From Shigella phage SSP1, in the sequence record KY963424: 64,000 bases of DNA. One strand, written 5' to 3'. The notes beneath the pieces are model-generated. The model saw nothing but the letters and a program-made list of their open reading frames with translations, did no database searches and had not been told where the DNA came from. Positions 10,286 through 21,411 of this stretch are shown here, one piece after another. Positions within the stretch are counted from its first letter, which is position 1. Each line of letters begins with the position of its first letter. The position numbers were made by a program, and so were the translations under genes.

Positions 10286-11185
10286 ATGTACTACTCTCTA
10301 ATGAGAGAGTCAAAAGTTATAGTTGAGTATGATGGTAGGGCATTTCATTTTGATGCCCTATCAAACTATGATATACAGACTTCCTACGAGGAATTCAAGA
10401 CTCTTCGTAGGACTGTTCATCGTAGAACTAACTATGCAGACTCTATTATAAATGCTCAAACTCCCTCTTCTATCTCTCTAGCAGTAAATTTCAGTAATAC
10501 TCTTACTGAGGCTAACTTCTTTGAATGGTTAGGTTTTGATAGAAAAGGTAATACTTTCTTACTCCCACTATATAGTAGTAATATTGAACCTATTATGTTC
10601 AATATCTATATAGTAAATAAAGATAATAACTGTGTATATTTTGAAAACTGTTATGTATCTACGGTAGATTTTTCTTTAGATAAGAACATACCAATTCTTA
10701 ATGTTGGTATTGAGTCTGGGAAATTCTCAGAGGTATCTACCTATAGAGAAGCAGCTTCTATTATACAGGGTGAAGTAATGTCTTACAGCCCAGTAATAGC
10801 TTCTACTAATGGCAGCATCTTACCCGGTCTTATTTCTGCCTCTTTATCTTTCCAACAGCAGTGCTCCTGGAGAGAGGATAAGAGTGTTTTTGATATAAAT
10901 AAAATTTATAATAATAAAAGAGCCTATGTAACTGAAATGAATGCTTCGGCAACCATCTCTCTATACTACTTAAAACGTTTTGCAGGAGATATGGTTTATA
11001 ATATAGAACCGGAGATAGATATACCTTTAACGATAAGAAATAATAATATTTCTATAGATTTTCCTTCAGCACGTATTACAAAACGCCTAGAGTTCTCAGA
11101 TGTGTATAGAGTTGAGTGGGATATTATACCTACTGCTTCTTCAGACCCAGTGAGAATAGATTTCTTTGGAGAAATTAAAAAATGA
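10286..11185 (+). CDS. Tail structural protein (p140-like, putative)
   Basis: 299 aa; position after tail tube gene; assignment by synteny only. Confidence 0.35.
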   Translation: MYYSLMRESKVIVEYDGRAFHFDALSNYDIQTSYEEFKTLRRTVHRRTNYADSIINAQTPSSISLAVNFSNTLTEANFFEWLGFDRKGNTFLLPLYSSNIEPIMFNIYIVNKDNNCVYFENCYVSTVDFSLDKNIPILNVGIESGKFSEVSTYREAASIIQGEVMSYSPVIASTNGSILPGLISASLSFQQQCSWREDKSVFDINKIYNNKRAYVTEMNASATISLYYLKRFAGDMVYNIEPEIDIPLTIRNNNISIDFPSARITKRLEFSDVYRVEWDIIPTASSDPVRIDFFGEIKK

Positions 11186-11586
11186 TTAATTTAAAAGATA
11201 TTACTCTTGATACTCGTACTATTACTCTTTCCTACCCAGGTATGCCGAACTTTAAACTAGAACTTAACTATATGTCTCGTGCTACCTCTAAACGTGTTAT
11301 TTCTTCTGCTAAACGCGATGAATGGGTTAACGGTACTTTGATTCAGGTGCAGGATGATGATAAGTTCATTGAAGCCTTTGTTGACGCAGCTATTAAAGGC
11401 TGGACTGGCTTAACTGTTGGTGACGTTGAAAAACTGATGCTGATTGAAACAGACGCTGATCCTACTACTGAAGTTCCTTTTAGCCGCGATAATGCTGTAA
11501 TGCTCATGCAGAACTCTGCTGCGTTTGATTCTTGGATCAACCAGACAGTGTTCCACTTAGACACTTTTCGTAGCCCAAAAGCGTAA
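11182..11586 (+). CDS. Tail assembly chaperone (G-like, putative)
   Basis: 134 aa; position between tube and tape measure genes; 3' end overlaps an ORF open in the +1 frame. Confidence 0.4.
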   Translation: MINLKDITLDTRTITLSYPGMPNFKLELNYMSRATSKRVISSAKRDEWVNGTLIQVQDDDKFIEAFVDAAIKGWTGLTVGDVEKLMLIETDADPTTEVPFSRDNAVMLMQNSAAFDSWINQTVFHLDTFRSPKA

Positions 11587-11647
11587 AGAACTCCTAGATG
11601 CTGTTGCTGATTTTGCAGATAAATGTATTAAAAGCTCAGCATCTAAA

Positions 11648-12016
11648 ATGACCAAACAACAATATTTGATACTTTGTGAGTCAATGGGTATAGAACCTGA
11701 TCCTAAGGCTATGCCCGTTGAACTCGAAGATTTTCCACCTATTGTATCTATTAGTATGAATATTTATAACAGTCTGATTGACTGTTTCATACCTGGTGAC
11801 TTTCCTATTTTTATAGGTAAGGATAAGGCTGCATTAGGTGTTTTATTTGATATTTATGGGATTACTGATCCTATAGAAAAAGAATTTGTTCTACACATTA
11901 TCAATATATTTGATGCTAAAGCTGTAGATGCTGCACGTAAGCGTGCTGAGAAGCATAAACCGCAAAACGGAAGGATTCCTAACGTTAAGCCACATGCTAG
12001 ATCTCGTGCACGGTAA
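11648..12016 (+). CDS. Tail assembly chaperone second ORF (T-like); +1 frame is open from 11561
   Basis: 122 aa from ATG 11648 with no recognisable SD; same frame is open back to 11561, overlapping the last 26 nt of the upstream ORF. Confidence 0.35.
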   Translation: MTKQQYLILCESMGIEPDPKAMPVELEDFPPIVSISMNIYNSLIDCFIPGDFPIFIGKDKAALGVLFDIYGITDPIEKEFVLHIINIFDAKAVDAARKRAEKHKPQNGRIPNVKPHARSRAR

Positions 12017-12051
12017 AAGTTTCCTCCAATGGGCGTTCCACGATGAGGCTT

Positions 12052-12082
12052 GGCTCTGGGTGATTTGCCCAGAGCCTTTTTT
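12052..12082 (+). terminator. Rho-independent terminator upstream of tape measure gene
   Basis: 9-bp stem GGCTCTGGG/CCCAGAGCC, 7-nt loop, followed by TTTTTT. Confidence 0.75.
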
Positions 12083-12099
12083 ATTGGGAAAAATAAAAC

Positions 12100-15000
12100 A
12101 TGACTGATAAGCTAATACGAGAATTACTAATAGACGTTAAACAGAAGGGGGCAACTCGTACTGCAAAGTCTATTGAAAACGTATCTGATGCGTTGGAAAA
12201 TGCTGCTGCTGCTTCCGAACTGACAAATGAGCAGTTAGGTAAAATGCCCAAAACCCTTTACTCCATTGAGAGGGCAGCAGATAGAGCAGCGAAAAGTCTT
12301 ACTAAAATGCAAGCTAGTAGGGGTATGGCTGGTATCACTAAATCTATTAATGATATTGGTGATAAACTAGACTACCTAGCTATCCAACTTATTGAAGTAA
12401 CAGATAAACTAGAAATTGGATTCGATGGAGTTTCTAGATCTGTTAAAGCAATGGGTAATGATGTTGCAGCTGCAACAGAGAAAGTTCAAGATAGATTGTA
12501 TGATACTAATAGAGCATTAGGTGGCACAGCTAGAGGTTTTAATGACACTGCTGGTGCCGCTGGTAGAGCTTCTAGAGCTATTGGTAATACTTCTGGTTCA
12601 GCGCGTGGTGCAACTCGTGATTTTGCGGCAATGGCTAAGATCGGTGGTAGTCTACCTATTATGTACGCAGCTCTTGCTTCCAACATCTTCGTTTTGCAAT
12701 CAGCATTTGAACAACTTAAACTAGGTGATCAGCTAAATCGTCTAGAAAAATTTGGTGTTATAGTAGGTACTCAGACAGGTACTCCTGTTCAGACCCTTGC
12801 TAGATCACTACAAGAAGCTGCTGGATATGCTATTTCTTTTGAGGAAGCGATGAGACAGGCGTCTTCAGCATCTGCTTATGGATTTGATGCCGAACAACTT
12901 AATAAATTTGGTTTAGTAGCTCGTCGTGCTGCTGCTGTTCTTGGCGTTGATATGACTGATGCACTTAACCGTGTAATTAAGGGTGTATCTAAACAAGAAA
13001 TCGAACTTCTGGATGAACTTGGTGTCACCATCCGTCTTAATGATGCATACGCTGATTATGTTAAACAGTTAAATGCTGCAAACACAGGTATAACATATAA
13101 TGTTAATAATCTTACCACTTTCCAGAAGCAACAAGCATACGCTAACGCGGTAATTGCTGAATCTACTAAGCGTTTTGGCTACCTAGATGAAGTACTACGT
13201 GCAACTCCGTGGGAGCAATTTGCTGCTAATGCAGATGCTGCACTAAGAAAAATACAACAAGCTGCTGCTAAGTATTTAGGGCCAGTAATTGATGCTATCA
13301 ACACAGTATTTTATACATCTCAGGCTTCTATATCTGCTGAAGCAGCTAGAGCTCAAGAAAAAACTAATAGACAGATAGACCCTACCAACGTTGGTGCTGT
13401 TGCTTTAAGTTTAGCTGCTTCTGAAGAAGGCTATAATAAAGCTCTAGATATGTATAAGGAATCTCTTGATAAGCGTAATAAGCTAAAATCTGAGTTCGAT
13501 AAACGAATGGAACAAGCAGATTTCTATACAAAACTAGCTATACGTCAGGTTGGAGAAGGTATTCCTGTTGGTATTGCAGCAGCAGGTGCCTCGGAGGCCA
13601 ATAAGCAATTTGTAGCAGAAACTGCAGCTATGGGTCTACAAGTAACTAGACTTGGTAAGGAAGTAGAGGATTCTACAGAGAATCTCAATGCTTGGAAATC
13701 AGCGTATCAAGCTGCTGGGGCTGCTGCTGCAAAAGCTAATCCAGAGTTTCAGAAGCAAATTAATCTACAGAGAGATACTACTGATCCTGATGCTGTATAC
13801 GATTTTAACTCTACTGTATTAAAAGGACTAACTGAGCAGCAGAAAGCGTACAATCAGACTAAGAAAACTGCTAGTGACTTAGCTAATGATATACAGAACG
13901 TTGCTCAGAATACAGATACTGCTGCTAAAACTAGTGCTACTTTAGCAGATGCTATAAAAAACATAGAATCTCTATCTCTAGGTACTGGTAAGAGTGCTGA
14001 TGAATATGTTAAAAATCTTAACCTAGGCTACAATACTCTGTCTGAAATGAAAACTGCGTCTCAGGCCTTATCTGAGTATGTTAAACTAACTGGTAATGAA
14101 ACTAAAAATCAGTTAGCAGTTCAACAGAAGATAGCTGATGTATATAACCAAACTAAGGATAAAGAAAAAGCACAGGAAGCTGGTAGGCGTTTAGAACTCC
14201 AACAGTTAGAAGAGCAAGAAGCTGCTTTACGCCGTGTTCTTCAAACAAACCAGGGAAATAAAGCTGTTGAGAAAGAAATTGAAAAAATTCAGCTGGAGAA
14301 ACTTAAGCTTACCAATCAGGGCATGGAAGCTCAGAAGAAAGTTAAGGATTATACAGATAAAATTCTGGGTGTAGATCGTGAGATAGCTCTTCTGAATGAC
14401 CGTACTATGACTAGCACTCAGTATAGATTAGCACAGTTAAAGTTAGAACTAACCATAGAGGAGGAAAAATACGAGTGGTATTTAAAACAAGCGGATAAAC
14501 AAAAAGAGGCAGAACAGTCTAGACGTGCTCAAGCACAGATAAGTAGAGAGTTATGGGAAGCAGAGAAACAAGCTACTGCTACTCATGTATCCGCCCTTAT
14601 GGATGCCTTAGAGGTTAGCCAAACGCAGAGAAATGTCACTGGTCAGTCCCAGATTCTCACTGAAAGGTTATCTATTCTGCAGCAGCAGCTGGAGCTGTCT
14701 AAAGGTAATACTGAAGAAGAAATTAAATATCGTAATGAGATTTATAAAACTTCAGCAGCCTTAGAACAGCTTAGGAAACAGAGGGATAGCCAGATGCAGC
14801 AACAGGTAGGGTCTTCTGTAGGTGCTGTATATACTCCTACAACTGGACTATCTGGAGAAGATAAAGATTTTGCTGATATGCAAAATAGAATGGCTTCTTA
14901 TGACCAGGCAATCTCTAAATTATCTGAGCTAAACTCTGAAGCAACCGCTGTGGCTCAAAGTATGGGTAATCTAACTAATGCCATGATCCAGTTCTCCCAG

Positions 15001-15780
15001 GGATCTTTAGATACTACTTCCCTGATTGCTTCTGGTATGCAGACTGTGGCCTCTATGATTCAATATAGTACTAGTCAACAGGTTAGTGCAATTGATCAGG
15101 CTATTGCAGCAGAGCAAAAACGCGATGGTAAATCAGAAGCATCTAAAGCTAAGTTGAAGAAGCTGGAAGCTGAAAAGCTGAAGATTCAACAAGACGCAGC
15201 TAAGAAGCAGATTATCATCCAAACTGCAGTAGCTGTAATGCAGGCGGCAACAGCTGTTCCATACCCGTTCTCTATCCCTCTGATGGTAGCGGCAGGTTTA
15301 GCGGGTGCTCTGGCCCTCGCCCAAGCATCTTCTGCATCGAGTATGTCGAGTATTGCTGATTCGGGAGCTGATACAACTAGTTACTTAGCCTTAGGAGAGC
15401 GCCAAAAGAATATAGATGTGTCCATGTCTGCTAATGCAGGTGAACTATCTTATATCCGTGGCGATAAAGGCATAGGCGGTGCTAATTCTTTCGTTCCTCG
15501 TGCTGAGGGTGGTAACATGTACCCAGGGGTTAGCTATCAAATGGGTGAGCATGGTACAGAAGTAGTTACACCTATGGTTCCTATGAAAGCTACACCTAAT
15601 GATGAGCTAAAAACCTCATCTAACTCAACTTCAGGAAGACCCATCATCCTGAATATTAGTGCTATGGATGCTGCAAGTTTTAGAGAGTTTGCTTCTAGTA
15701 ATAGTAGTGCTCTAAGAGACGCAGTAGAATTAGCTCTGAATGAGAACGGTGCTAGTCTGAAAACATTAGGAAATTCTTAA
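12100..15780 (+). CDS. Tail tape measure protein (pb2-like)
   Basis: 1226 aa (T5 pb2 about 1219 aa); long Ala/Gln/Lys-rich coiled-coil, hydrophobic segment near C-terminus (VPYPFSIPLMVAAGLAGALALAQA). Confidence 0.85.
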   Translation: MTDKLIRELLIDVKQKGATRTAKSIENVSDALENAAAASELTNEQLGKMPKTLYSIERAADRAAKSLTKMQASRGMAGITKSINDIGDKLDYLAIQLIEVTDKLEIGFDGVSRSVKAMGNDVAAATEKVQDRLYDTNRALGGTARGFNDTAGAAGRASRAIGNTSGSARGATRDFAAMAKIGGSLPIMYAALASNIFVLQSAFEQLKLGDQLNRLEKFGVIVGTQTGTPVQTLARSLQEAAGYAISFEEAMRQASSASAYGFDAEQLNKFGLVARRAAAVLGVDMTDALNRVIKGVSKQEIELLDELGVTIRLNDAYADYVKQLNAANTGITYNVNNLTTFQKQQAYANAVIAESTKRFGYLDEVLRATPWEQFAANADAALRKIQQAAAKYLGPVIDAINTVFYTSQASISAEAARAQEKTNRQIDPTNVGAVALSLAASEEGYNKALDMYKESLDKRNKLKSEFDKRMEQADFYTKLAIRQVGEGIPVGIAAAGASEANKQFVAETAAMGLQVTRLGKEVEDSTENLNAWKSAYQAAGAAAAKANPEFQKQINLQRDTTDPDAVYDFNSTVLKGLTEQQKAYNQTKKTASDLANDIQNVAQNTDTAAKTSATLADAIKNIESLSLGTGKSADEYVKNLNLGYNTLSEMKTASQALSEYVKLTGNETKNQLAVQQKIADVYNQTKDKEKAQEAGRRLELQQLEEQEAALRRVLQTNQGNKAVEKEIEKIQLEKLKLTNQGMEAQKKVKDYTDKILGVDREIALLNDRTMTSTQYRLAQLKLELTIEEEKYEWYLKQADKQKEAEQSRRAQAQISRELWEAEKQATATHVSALMDALEVSQTQRNVTGQSQILTERLSILQQQLELSKGNTEEEIKYRNEIYKTSAALEQLRKQRDSQMQQQVGSSVGAVYTPTTGLSGEDKDFADMQNRMASYDQAISKLSELNSEATAVAQSMGNLTNAMIQFSQGSLDTTSLIASGMQTVASMIQYSTSQQVSAIDQAIAAEQKRDGKSEASKAKLKKLEAEKLKIQQDAAKKQIIIQTAVAVMQAATAVPYPFSIPLMVAAGLAGALALAQASSASSMSSIADSGADTTSYLALGERQKNIDVSMSANAGELSYIRGDKGIGGANSFVPRAEGGNMYPGVSYQMGEHGTEVVTPMVPMKATPNDELKTSSNSTSGRPIILNISAMDAASFREFASSNSSALRDAVELALNENGASLKTLGNS

Positions 15781-15787
15781 AACTGGA

Positions 15788-15814
15788 GGAGGACTTTGAG
15801 TCCTCCTTTTCTTT
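15788..15814 (+). terminator. Rho-independent terminator after tape measure gene
   Basis: 7-bp stem GGAGGAC/GTCCTCC, loop TTTGA, followed by TTTTCTTT. Confidence 0.65.
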
Positions 15815-15833
15815 ATGGAAAAATAAAAATTTC

Positions 15834-15862
15834 TTGATAAAATTTTCTAATACTATTATAAT
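15834..15862 (+). promoter_or_regulatory. sigma70-type promoter upstream of distal tail protein gene
   Basis: TTGATA - 17 bp - TATAAT; followed by AGAGGAG SD and ATG at 15890. Confidence 0.5.
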
Positions 15863-15889
15863 ATTGTTATTAAAGAGGAGAAATTAACT

Positions 15890-16504
15890 ATGAGATTACC
15901 AGACCCATACACGAATCCGGAACTTTCAGGCTTAGGATTCGAAAGTGTTAACCTGATTGATAATGACCCAGTAATTCGTGATGAGTTACCAAATGGTAAA
16001 GTTAACGAAGTTAAGGTATCCGCTCAATACTGGGGTATAAATATTTCTTACCCAGAATTATTTCCAGATGAATATAGTGTTCTAGATGCTTTTATTCTAG
16101 AATACAAAAGGACTGGTGGTTATATAGATGTTATATTACCACAATACGAAGCTTTTAGAGTTAGAGGTAATACTAGTCTAGTAAATATACCTGCTGGACA
16201 GAAGGGTTCTAATATAACTATGGATACAAAAGGACTTCTTACAGGTACTCCAAAACCGGGGGATCTATTTAAGCTGTCTAACCACCCAAAAGTATATAAA
16301 ATAACATCATTTAACAAATCAGGTAATACATGGTCCATAAACCTATACCCTGATTTATTTATAACTACTACTGGAGCGGAGAAGCCAGTATTTAATGGAA
16401 TACTATTTAGAACAAAACTCATGAATGGTGATGCTTTTGGATCTACACTAAATAATAACGGAACATACTCCAACATCTCATTAAATTTACGGGAAAGTCT
16501 ATGA
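15890..16504 (+). CDS. Distal tail protein (pb9-like)
   Basis: 204 aa, identical in length to T5 pb9; first gene after tape measure. Confidence 0.6.
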   Translation: MRLPDPYTNPELSGLGFESVNLIDNDPVIRDELPNGKVNEVKVSAQYWGINISYPELFPDEYSVLDAFILEYKRTGGYIDVILPQYEAFRVRGNTSLVNIPAGQKGSNITMDTKGLLTGTPKPGDLFKLSNHPKVYKITSFNKSGNTWSINLYPDLFITTTGAEKPVFNGILFRTKLMNGDAFGSTLNNNGTYSNISLNLRESL

Positions 16505-19350
16505 AAAAAATATTAGATAGTGCTAGAAACTACTTAAAAAATAATAGCAGAATAAAAACTGCTAGTCTAATTTCTCTAGAGTTGCCTAGCTCTACTGGTA
16601 CTAGTACTGCTTTTATTTATTTAACTGATTATTTTAGAGATGTACTATATAATGGTATTTTGTATCAGGCTGGTAAAGTTAAATCTATTAGCGCACATAA
16701 ACAAAACAGAGATTTATCTATTGGCAGTCTATCTTTTACTATTACGGGTACAGCGCAGGATGAAGTACTGAAATTAGTGCAGAATGGTGTGTCCTTTTTA
16801 GATAGAACAGTATCAATCCACCAAGCAATTATTACAGAGGATGGTTCTATTTTACCTGTAGACCCAGACACAAACGGGCCTTTATTATACTTTAGAGGTA
16901 GAATTACTGGTGGAGGTATTAAGGATAATATTAGTACTTCGGGAGTTGGAACCTCCACAATTACTTGGAATTGTTCTAACCAATTCTATGATTTTGATAG
17001 GGTTAATGGTAGATTTACTGATGATGCTTCTCATAGAGGGCTTGAAGTTGTAGCAGGGCAATTACTTCCATCTAACGGGGCTAAAAGACTTGAGTACCAA
17101 GAAGACTACGGTTTCTTTCACGCCAATAAAAGTATCTCTATTCTAGCAAAGTATCAGGTACAGGAGGAAAGATACAAGCTAAAGTCTAAGAAAAAGCTAT
17201 TTGGACTATCCAGAAGTTATAGTCTTAAAAAGTATTATGAGACTGTTACTAAAGAAGTAGATATAGATTTTAACCTTGCTGCTAAATATATACCAGTAGT
17301 TTATGGTGTGCAGAAAATACCTGGAATACCTATTTTTGCGGATACGGAATTACATAATCCTAATATAGTTTACGTAGTATATGCTTTTGCTGAAGGAGAG
17401 ATAGACGGTTTTCTTGACTTTTCCTTTGGTGATAATCCTATGATTTGTATGGACTCTAATGATAGCTCTGCTAGAACCTGCTTCGGTGTTAAAAAAGTAG
17501 CAGGAGACACCATGCAAAGAATAGCATCAGGAATATCTTCTAGTAGTCCTTCTGTGCATGGCCAGGAATATAAATATAACGATGGTAATGGTGATATAAG
17601 GATTTGGACTTATCATGGAAAAGCCGATCAAACTGCTTCTGAAGTATTAGTAAATATAGCGAAGGAGCGTGGGTTCTATCTCCAAAGTATGAACGGTAAT
17701 GGACCTGAGTACTGGGATGCTAGATATAAACTATTAGATACTGCATACGCGGTAGTACGCTTTACTATTAATGAAAATAGAACTGAGATCCCAGAAGTTA
17801 GTGCTGAGATTCAGGGTAAGAAGATAAAAATCTACCATTCTGATGGTAGAGTAACTGCTAATAGTACTAGTTTAAATGGTATTTGGCAAACACTTGACTA
17901 CTTAACTTCAGATAGGTATGGTGCAAACATTGCTATTGATCAGTTCCCTCTCCAACAATTGGTACAAGAAGCTGCTATCTTAGATATTATAGATGAATCT
18001 TACCAGGTATCTTGGCAGCCATACTGGAGATATGTTGGGTGGACTGATCCATTAGCAGAAAATAGGCAAATAGTACAAATGAATACTATTCTAGATACAT
18101 CTGAATCAGTATTTAAAAACGTGCAAGGTTTGCTAGAGTCCTACGGTGGGGCTATTAACAACTTATCTGGTCAATATAGGATTACTGTAGAAAAATATTC
18201 TAATACTCCATTAGAGATTAATTTTCTGGATACTTATGGTGATTTAGAGCTATCAGATACTACTGGTAGAAATAAATTCAACTCAGTTCAAGCATCCATC
18301 GTAGACCCAGCTCTTAGCTGGAAAACTAACTCTATTACCTTTTACAACTCTAAATATAAAGAGCAAGATAAAAATTTAGACAAAAAATTACAATTATCTT
18401 TTGCAAATATAACTAACTACTATACTGCTAGAAGTTTTGCAGACAGAGAGCTTAAAAAATCTAGGTATTCTAGAACCCTCTCATTTTCTTTACCATACCA
18501 ATTCATTGGTATTGAGCCTAACGATGCTATTGCATTTACATACGACCGTTATGGATGGGATAAGAAATACTTTTTAGTAGATGAAGTCGAAAACTCTAGA
18601 GAAGGAAAGATAAATGTTACTCTACAAGAGTATGGGGAAGATGTATTTATCAACTCTGATCAAGTAGATAATAGTGGTAATGATATACCAGATATTAGTA
18701 ACAATGTTCTTCCTCCTAGAGATTTTAAATATACCCCTACACCCGGTGGTTTAGTTGGTTCTATAGGAAAAAATGGTGAGCTATCTTGGCTTCCAAGTTT
18801 AACTAATAACGTAGTTTATTACTCTATCATGCATTCAGGTCATGCTGAACCCTATATCGTACAGCAACTAGAAACAAATCCCAATGAACGCATGATCCAA
18901 GAGATAATTGGAGAGCCTGCAGGTTTAGCAATATTTGAAATAAGGGCCGTGGATATAAACGGTAGAAGAAGTTCTCCAGTAACATTATCTATAGAACTTA
19001 ACTCTGCTAAAAACCTAAGTGTAGTATCTAATTTTAGGGTAACTAATACGGCTTCTGGGGATGTAACTGAGTTTGTAGGCCCAGATGTAAAACTAGCTTG
19101 GGATAGGATACCAGAAGAAGATATAATAGAAAGTATATTCTATACTCTGGAGATCTATGATTCTCAGAATAGAATGCTAAGAAGTGTACGTATTGAAAAT
19201 CAGTATACTTATGACTATTTATTAATGTATAATAAGGCAGATTTTGCTCTTCATAACAGCGATGCTCTAGGAATCAATAGAAAACTATATTTTCGTATTA
19301 GAGCAGAAGGAGATGATGGAGAACAGTCTGTGGAGTGGGCATCCATTTAA
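16501..19350 (+). CDS. Baseplate hub protein (pb3-like)
   Basis: 949 aa, identical in length to T5 pb3; position after distal tail protein gene; ATGA start overlap. Confidence 0.65.
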   Translation: MKKILDSARNYLKNNSRIKTASLISLELPSSTGTSTAFIYLTDYFRDVLYNGILYQAGKVKSISAHKQNRDLSIGSLSFTITGTAQDEVLKLVQNGVSFLDRTVSIHQAIITEDGSILPVDPDTNGPLLYFRGRITGGGIKDNISTSGVGTSTITWNCSNQFYDFDRVNGRFTDDASHRGLEVVAGQLLPSNGAKRLEYQEDYGFFHANKSISILAKYQVQEERYKLKSKKKLFGLSRSYSLKKYYETVTKEVDIDFNLAAKYIPVVYGVQKIPGIPIFADTELHNPNIVYVVYAFAEGEIDGFLDFSFGDNPMICMDSNDSSARTCFGVKKVAGDTMQRIASGISSSSPSVHGQEYKYNDGNGDIRIWTYHGKADQTASEVLVNIAKERGFYLQSMNGNGPEYWDARYKLLDTAYAVVRFTINENRTEIPEVSAEIQGKKIKIYHSDGRVTANSTSLNGIWQTLDYLTSDRYGANIAIDQFPLQQLVQEAAILDIIDESYQVSWQPYWRYVGWTDPLAENRQIVQMNTILDTSESVFKNVQGLLESYGGAINNLSGQYRITVEKYSNTPLEINFLDTYGDLELSDTTGRNKFNSVQASIVDPALSWKTNSITFYNSKYKEQDKNLDKKLQLSFANITNYYTARSFADRELKKSRYSRTLSFSLPYQFIGIEPNDAIAFTYDRYGWDKKYFLVDEVENSREGKINVTLQEYGEDVFINSDQVDNSGNDIPDISNNVLPPRDFKYTPTPGGLVGSIGKNGELSWLPSLTNNVVYYSIMHSGHAEPYIVQQLETNPNERMIQEIIGEPAGLAIFEIRAVDINGRRSSPVTLSIELNSAKNLSVVSNFRVTNTASGDVTEFVGPDVKLAWDRIPEEDIIESIFYTLEIYDSQNRMLRSVRIENQYTYDYLLMYNKADFALHNSDALGINRKLYFRIRAEGDDGEQSVEWASI

Positions 19351-21407
19351 TGATTTCGAATAATGCACCAGCCAAAATGGTCTTAAATAGTATAATGACT
19401 GGATATACAATGGCATATGTCCAGCACTCTATATATACTGACTATGACGTTATTGGCAGATCTTTTTGGTTAAAGACAGGAGAAAGTGTAGATAGACGTG
19501 ATTATACTGGTATAGATACTTTCTTCGTAATGATTAATAATCTGACCCCTTCAACCTCTTATGAGATTCAAGGGGCTTTCTACGACTCTATTATTGATTC
19601 TGAACTGTTAGAGGCTAAGATTGGTATCAATCTCTCTAATGAGACTAACTTTAGGACAAAAGAGAAGCCAACAATTGTTGCAGCAAGATCTGAATCAGAA
19701 CCTGTGGATGTTGGGGTAGGTGCACCGATAGTTATCGTAGAAACAACTGGTGAAGCAAGCTACTGTACTATTGAGTTAAAAAGTACAGCTACTGAAGACA
19801 GTCCTTGGACTAAGTATTACATTGGTGCTTTAGGTTCTACTATTAAATTTGGTGGAGTTCCTATCGGAGATTACAAGATCAGAATATCTGGTCAAGTAAC
19901 TATGCCTGATGGTGTTACAGTTGATTCTTCTGGGTATTATGAATTCCCTAATATTTTAACTGTAGCGTATAATTTTGTTCCTCCTACTGCACCTATCAAT
20001 ATTGTTTTTAAAGCTGCACGAATTGCTGATGGTAAAGAACGCTATGATGTTAGAATTGAGTGGGATTGGGAACGCGGTGGCGGTGCTAATGTTCGTGAGT
20101 TCTTGGTTACTTATATAAACTCTGAAGAATACGGTAAGACTGGCTGGGCTAAAGCCCAAAAGATAAACGTTGGTGCTGCTAGAGCTGCAACAATTATATC
20201 CTTTCCATGGAAAGTTGAGCATACTTTTAAGGTATCATCAATTGCCTGGGGACCAAATAAGCAGGATATAACAGAATCAGCTCCTGTAACATTTATATTG
20301 AATGAAGATACTCCTCTAGACAACAGCTTTGTCAATGAGACGGGTATTGATGTTAACTATGCCTTTATTAAAGGCAGCATGAAAGATGGAGAAATCTGGA
20401 GACAGACATTCTTAATCGATGCAGCTACTGGTGCTATTAACATCGGTCTGCTAGATGAAGAGGGAAAAGCACCTATTTCTTTTGATCCTATAAACCGTGT
20501 TGTTAACGTTGATGGTAAAGTAATTACTAGAGATATTAATGCTGCGAATTTTATCATGACTAACTTATCCGGTAAGGATAATCCAGCAATTTATACTCAA
20601 GGTAAATCTTGGGGAGATAATAACTCCGGTATTTGGATGGGCATGGATAATACCTCTGCCAAAGCTAAGTTAGACATTGGTAATGCCACACAGTGGATTC
20701 GTTATGATGGTGATGTGCTACGTATCTCTAGTGGTGTAGTAATTGGGACACCAAATGGCGATGTAGATATTGGTACTGGGATGCAGGGTAAACAAACAGT
20801 ATTTGTTTATAAGTTAGCAACATCTCTACCCGCTAAACCACTAGAACAAGATTACCCGCCTCCTGGTTGGTCAAAAACTCCACCTAACCGTACAGATATG
20901 ACACAAAATATCTATGCAACTACGGGTACACTTGATCCGGTTACTAACAAACTTCTTGAAGGTACTAGCTGGTCTGATGTAGTTCAGTGGAGTGGTACTG
21001 AAGGTACTATTGGTGCAGATGGTCAAAGGGGGCCTGGCATGTATTCCTTAGGTATTCCAGGTCTTGGAGGCTGGGATGATGGACAAGCTAATGCCTTCTT
21101 CCAGAATAACTTTGGTAGTCCACCAGTTAGATATGATGTATTGACTGAGTTTAATAGTAATGCTCCGCAATCTGCATTTACTCGTCAATGGAATGGTTCC
21201 GGTTGGATTAACCCTGCAATGGTTCTTCATGGCAACATGATTGTTAATGGAACTGTGACTGCTGATAAGATTGTGGCAGGAAATGCCTTCTTATCACAAA
21301 TCGGTGTTAATATAATCTATGATAGAAATGCTGCGTTATCAGGGAACCCTGAAGCATACTATAAGATGAAGATAGACCTAAATAGTGGGTATATCCATAT
21401 AAGGTAA
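19350..21407 (+). CDS. Central/straight fibre protein (pb4-like)
   Basis: About 685 aa from ATG 19350 (overlaps pb3 stop as TAATG; six-frame track starts at GTG 19335). T5 pb4 is about 688 aa. Confidence 0.6.
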   Translation: MISNNAPAKMVLNSIMTGYTMAYVQHSIYTDYDVIGRSFWLKTGESVDRRDYTGIDTFFVMINNLTPSTSYEIQGAFYDSIIDSELLEAKIGINLSNETNFRTKEKPTIVAARSESEPVDVGVGAPIVIVETTGEASYCTIELKSTATEDSPWTKYYIGALGSTIKFGGVPIGDYKIRISGQVTMPDGVTVDSSGYYEFPNILTVAYNFVPPTAPINIVFKAARIADGKERYDVRIEWDWERGGGANVREFLVTYINSEEYGKTGWAKAQKINVGAARAATIISFPWKVEHTFKVSSIAWGPNKQDITESAPVTFILNEDTPLDNSFVNETGIDVNYAFIKGSMKDGEIWRQTFLIDAATGAINIGLLDEEGKAPISFDPINRVVNVDGKVITRDINAANFIMTNLSGKDNPAIYTQGKSWGDNNSGIWMGMDNTSAKAKLDIGNATQWIRYDGDVLRISSGVVIGTPNGDVDIGTGMQGKQTVFVYKLATSLPAKPLEQDYPPPGWSKTPPNRTDMTQNIYATTGTLDPVTNKLLEGTSWSDVVQWSGTEGTIGADGQRGPGMYSLGIPGLGGWDDGQANAFFQNNFGSPPVRYDVLTEFNSNAPQSAFTRQWNGSGWINPAMVLHGNMIVNGTVTADKIVAGNAFLSQIGVNIIYDRNAALSGNPEAYYKMKIDLNSGYIHIR

Positions 21408-21411
21408 AATA

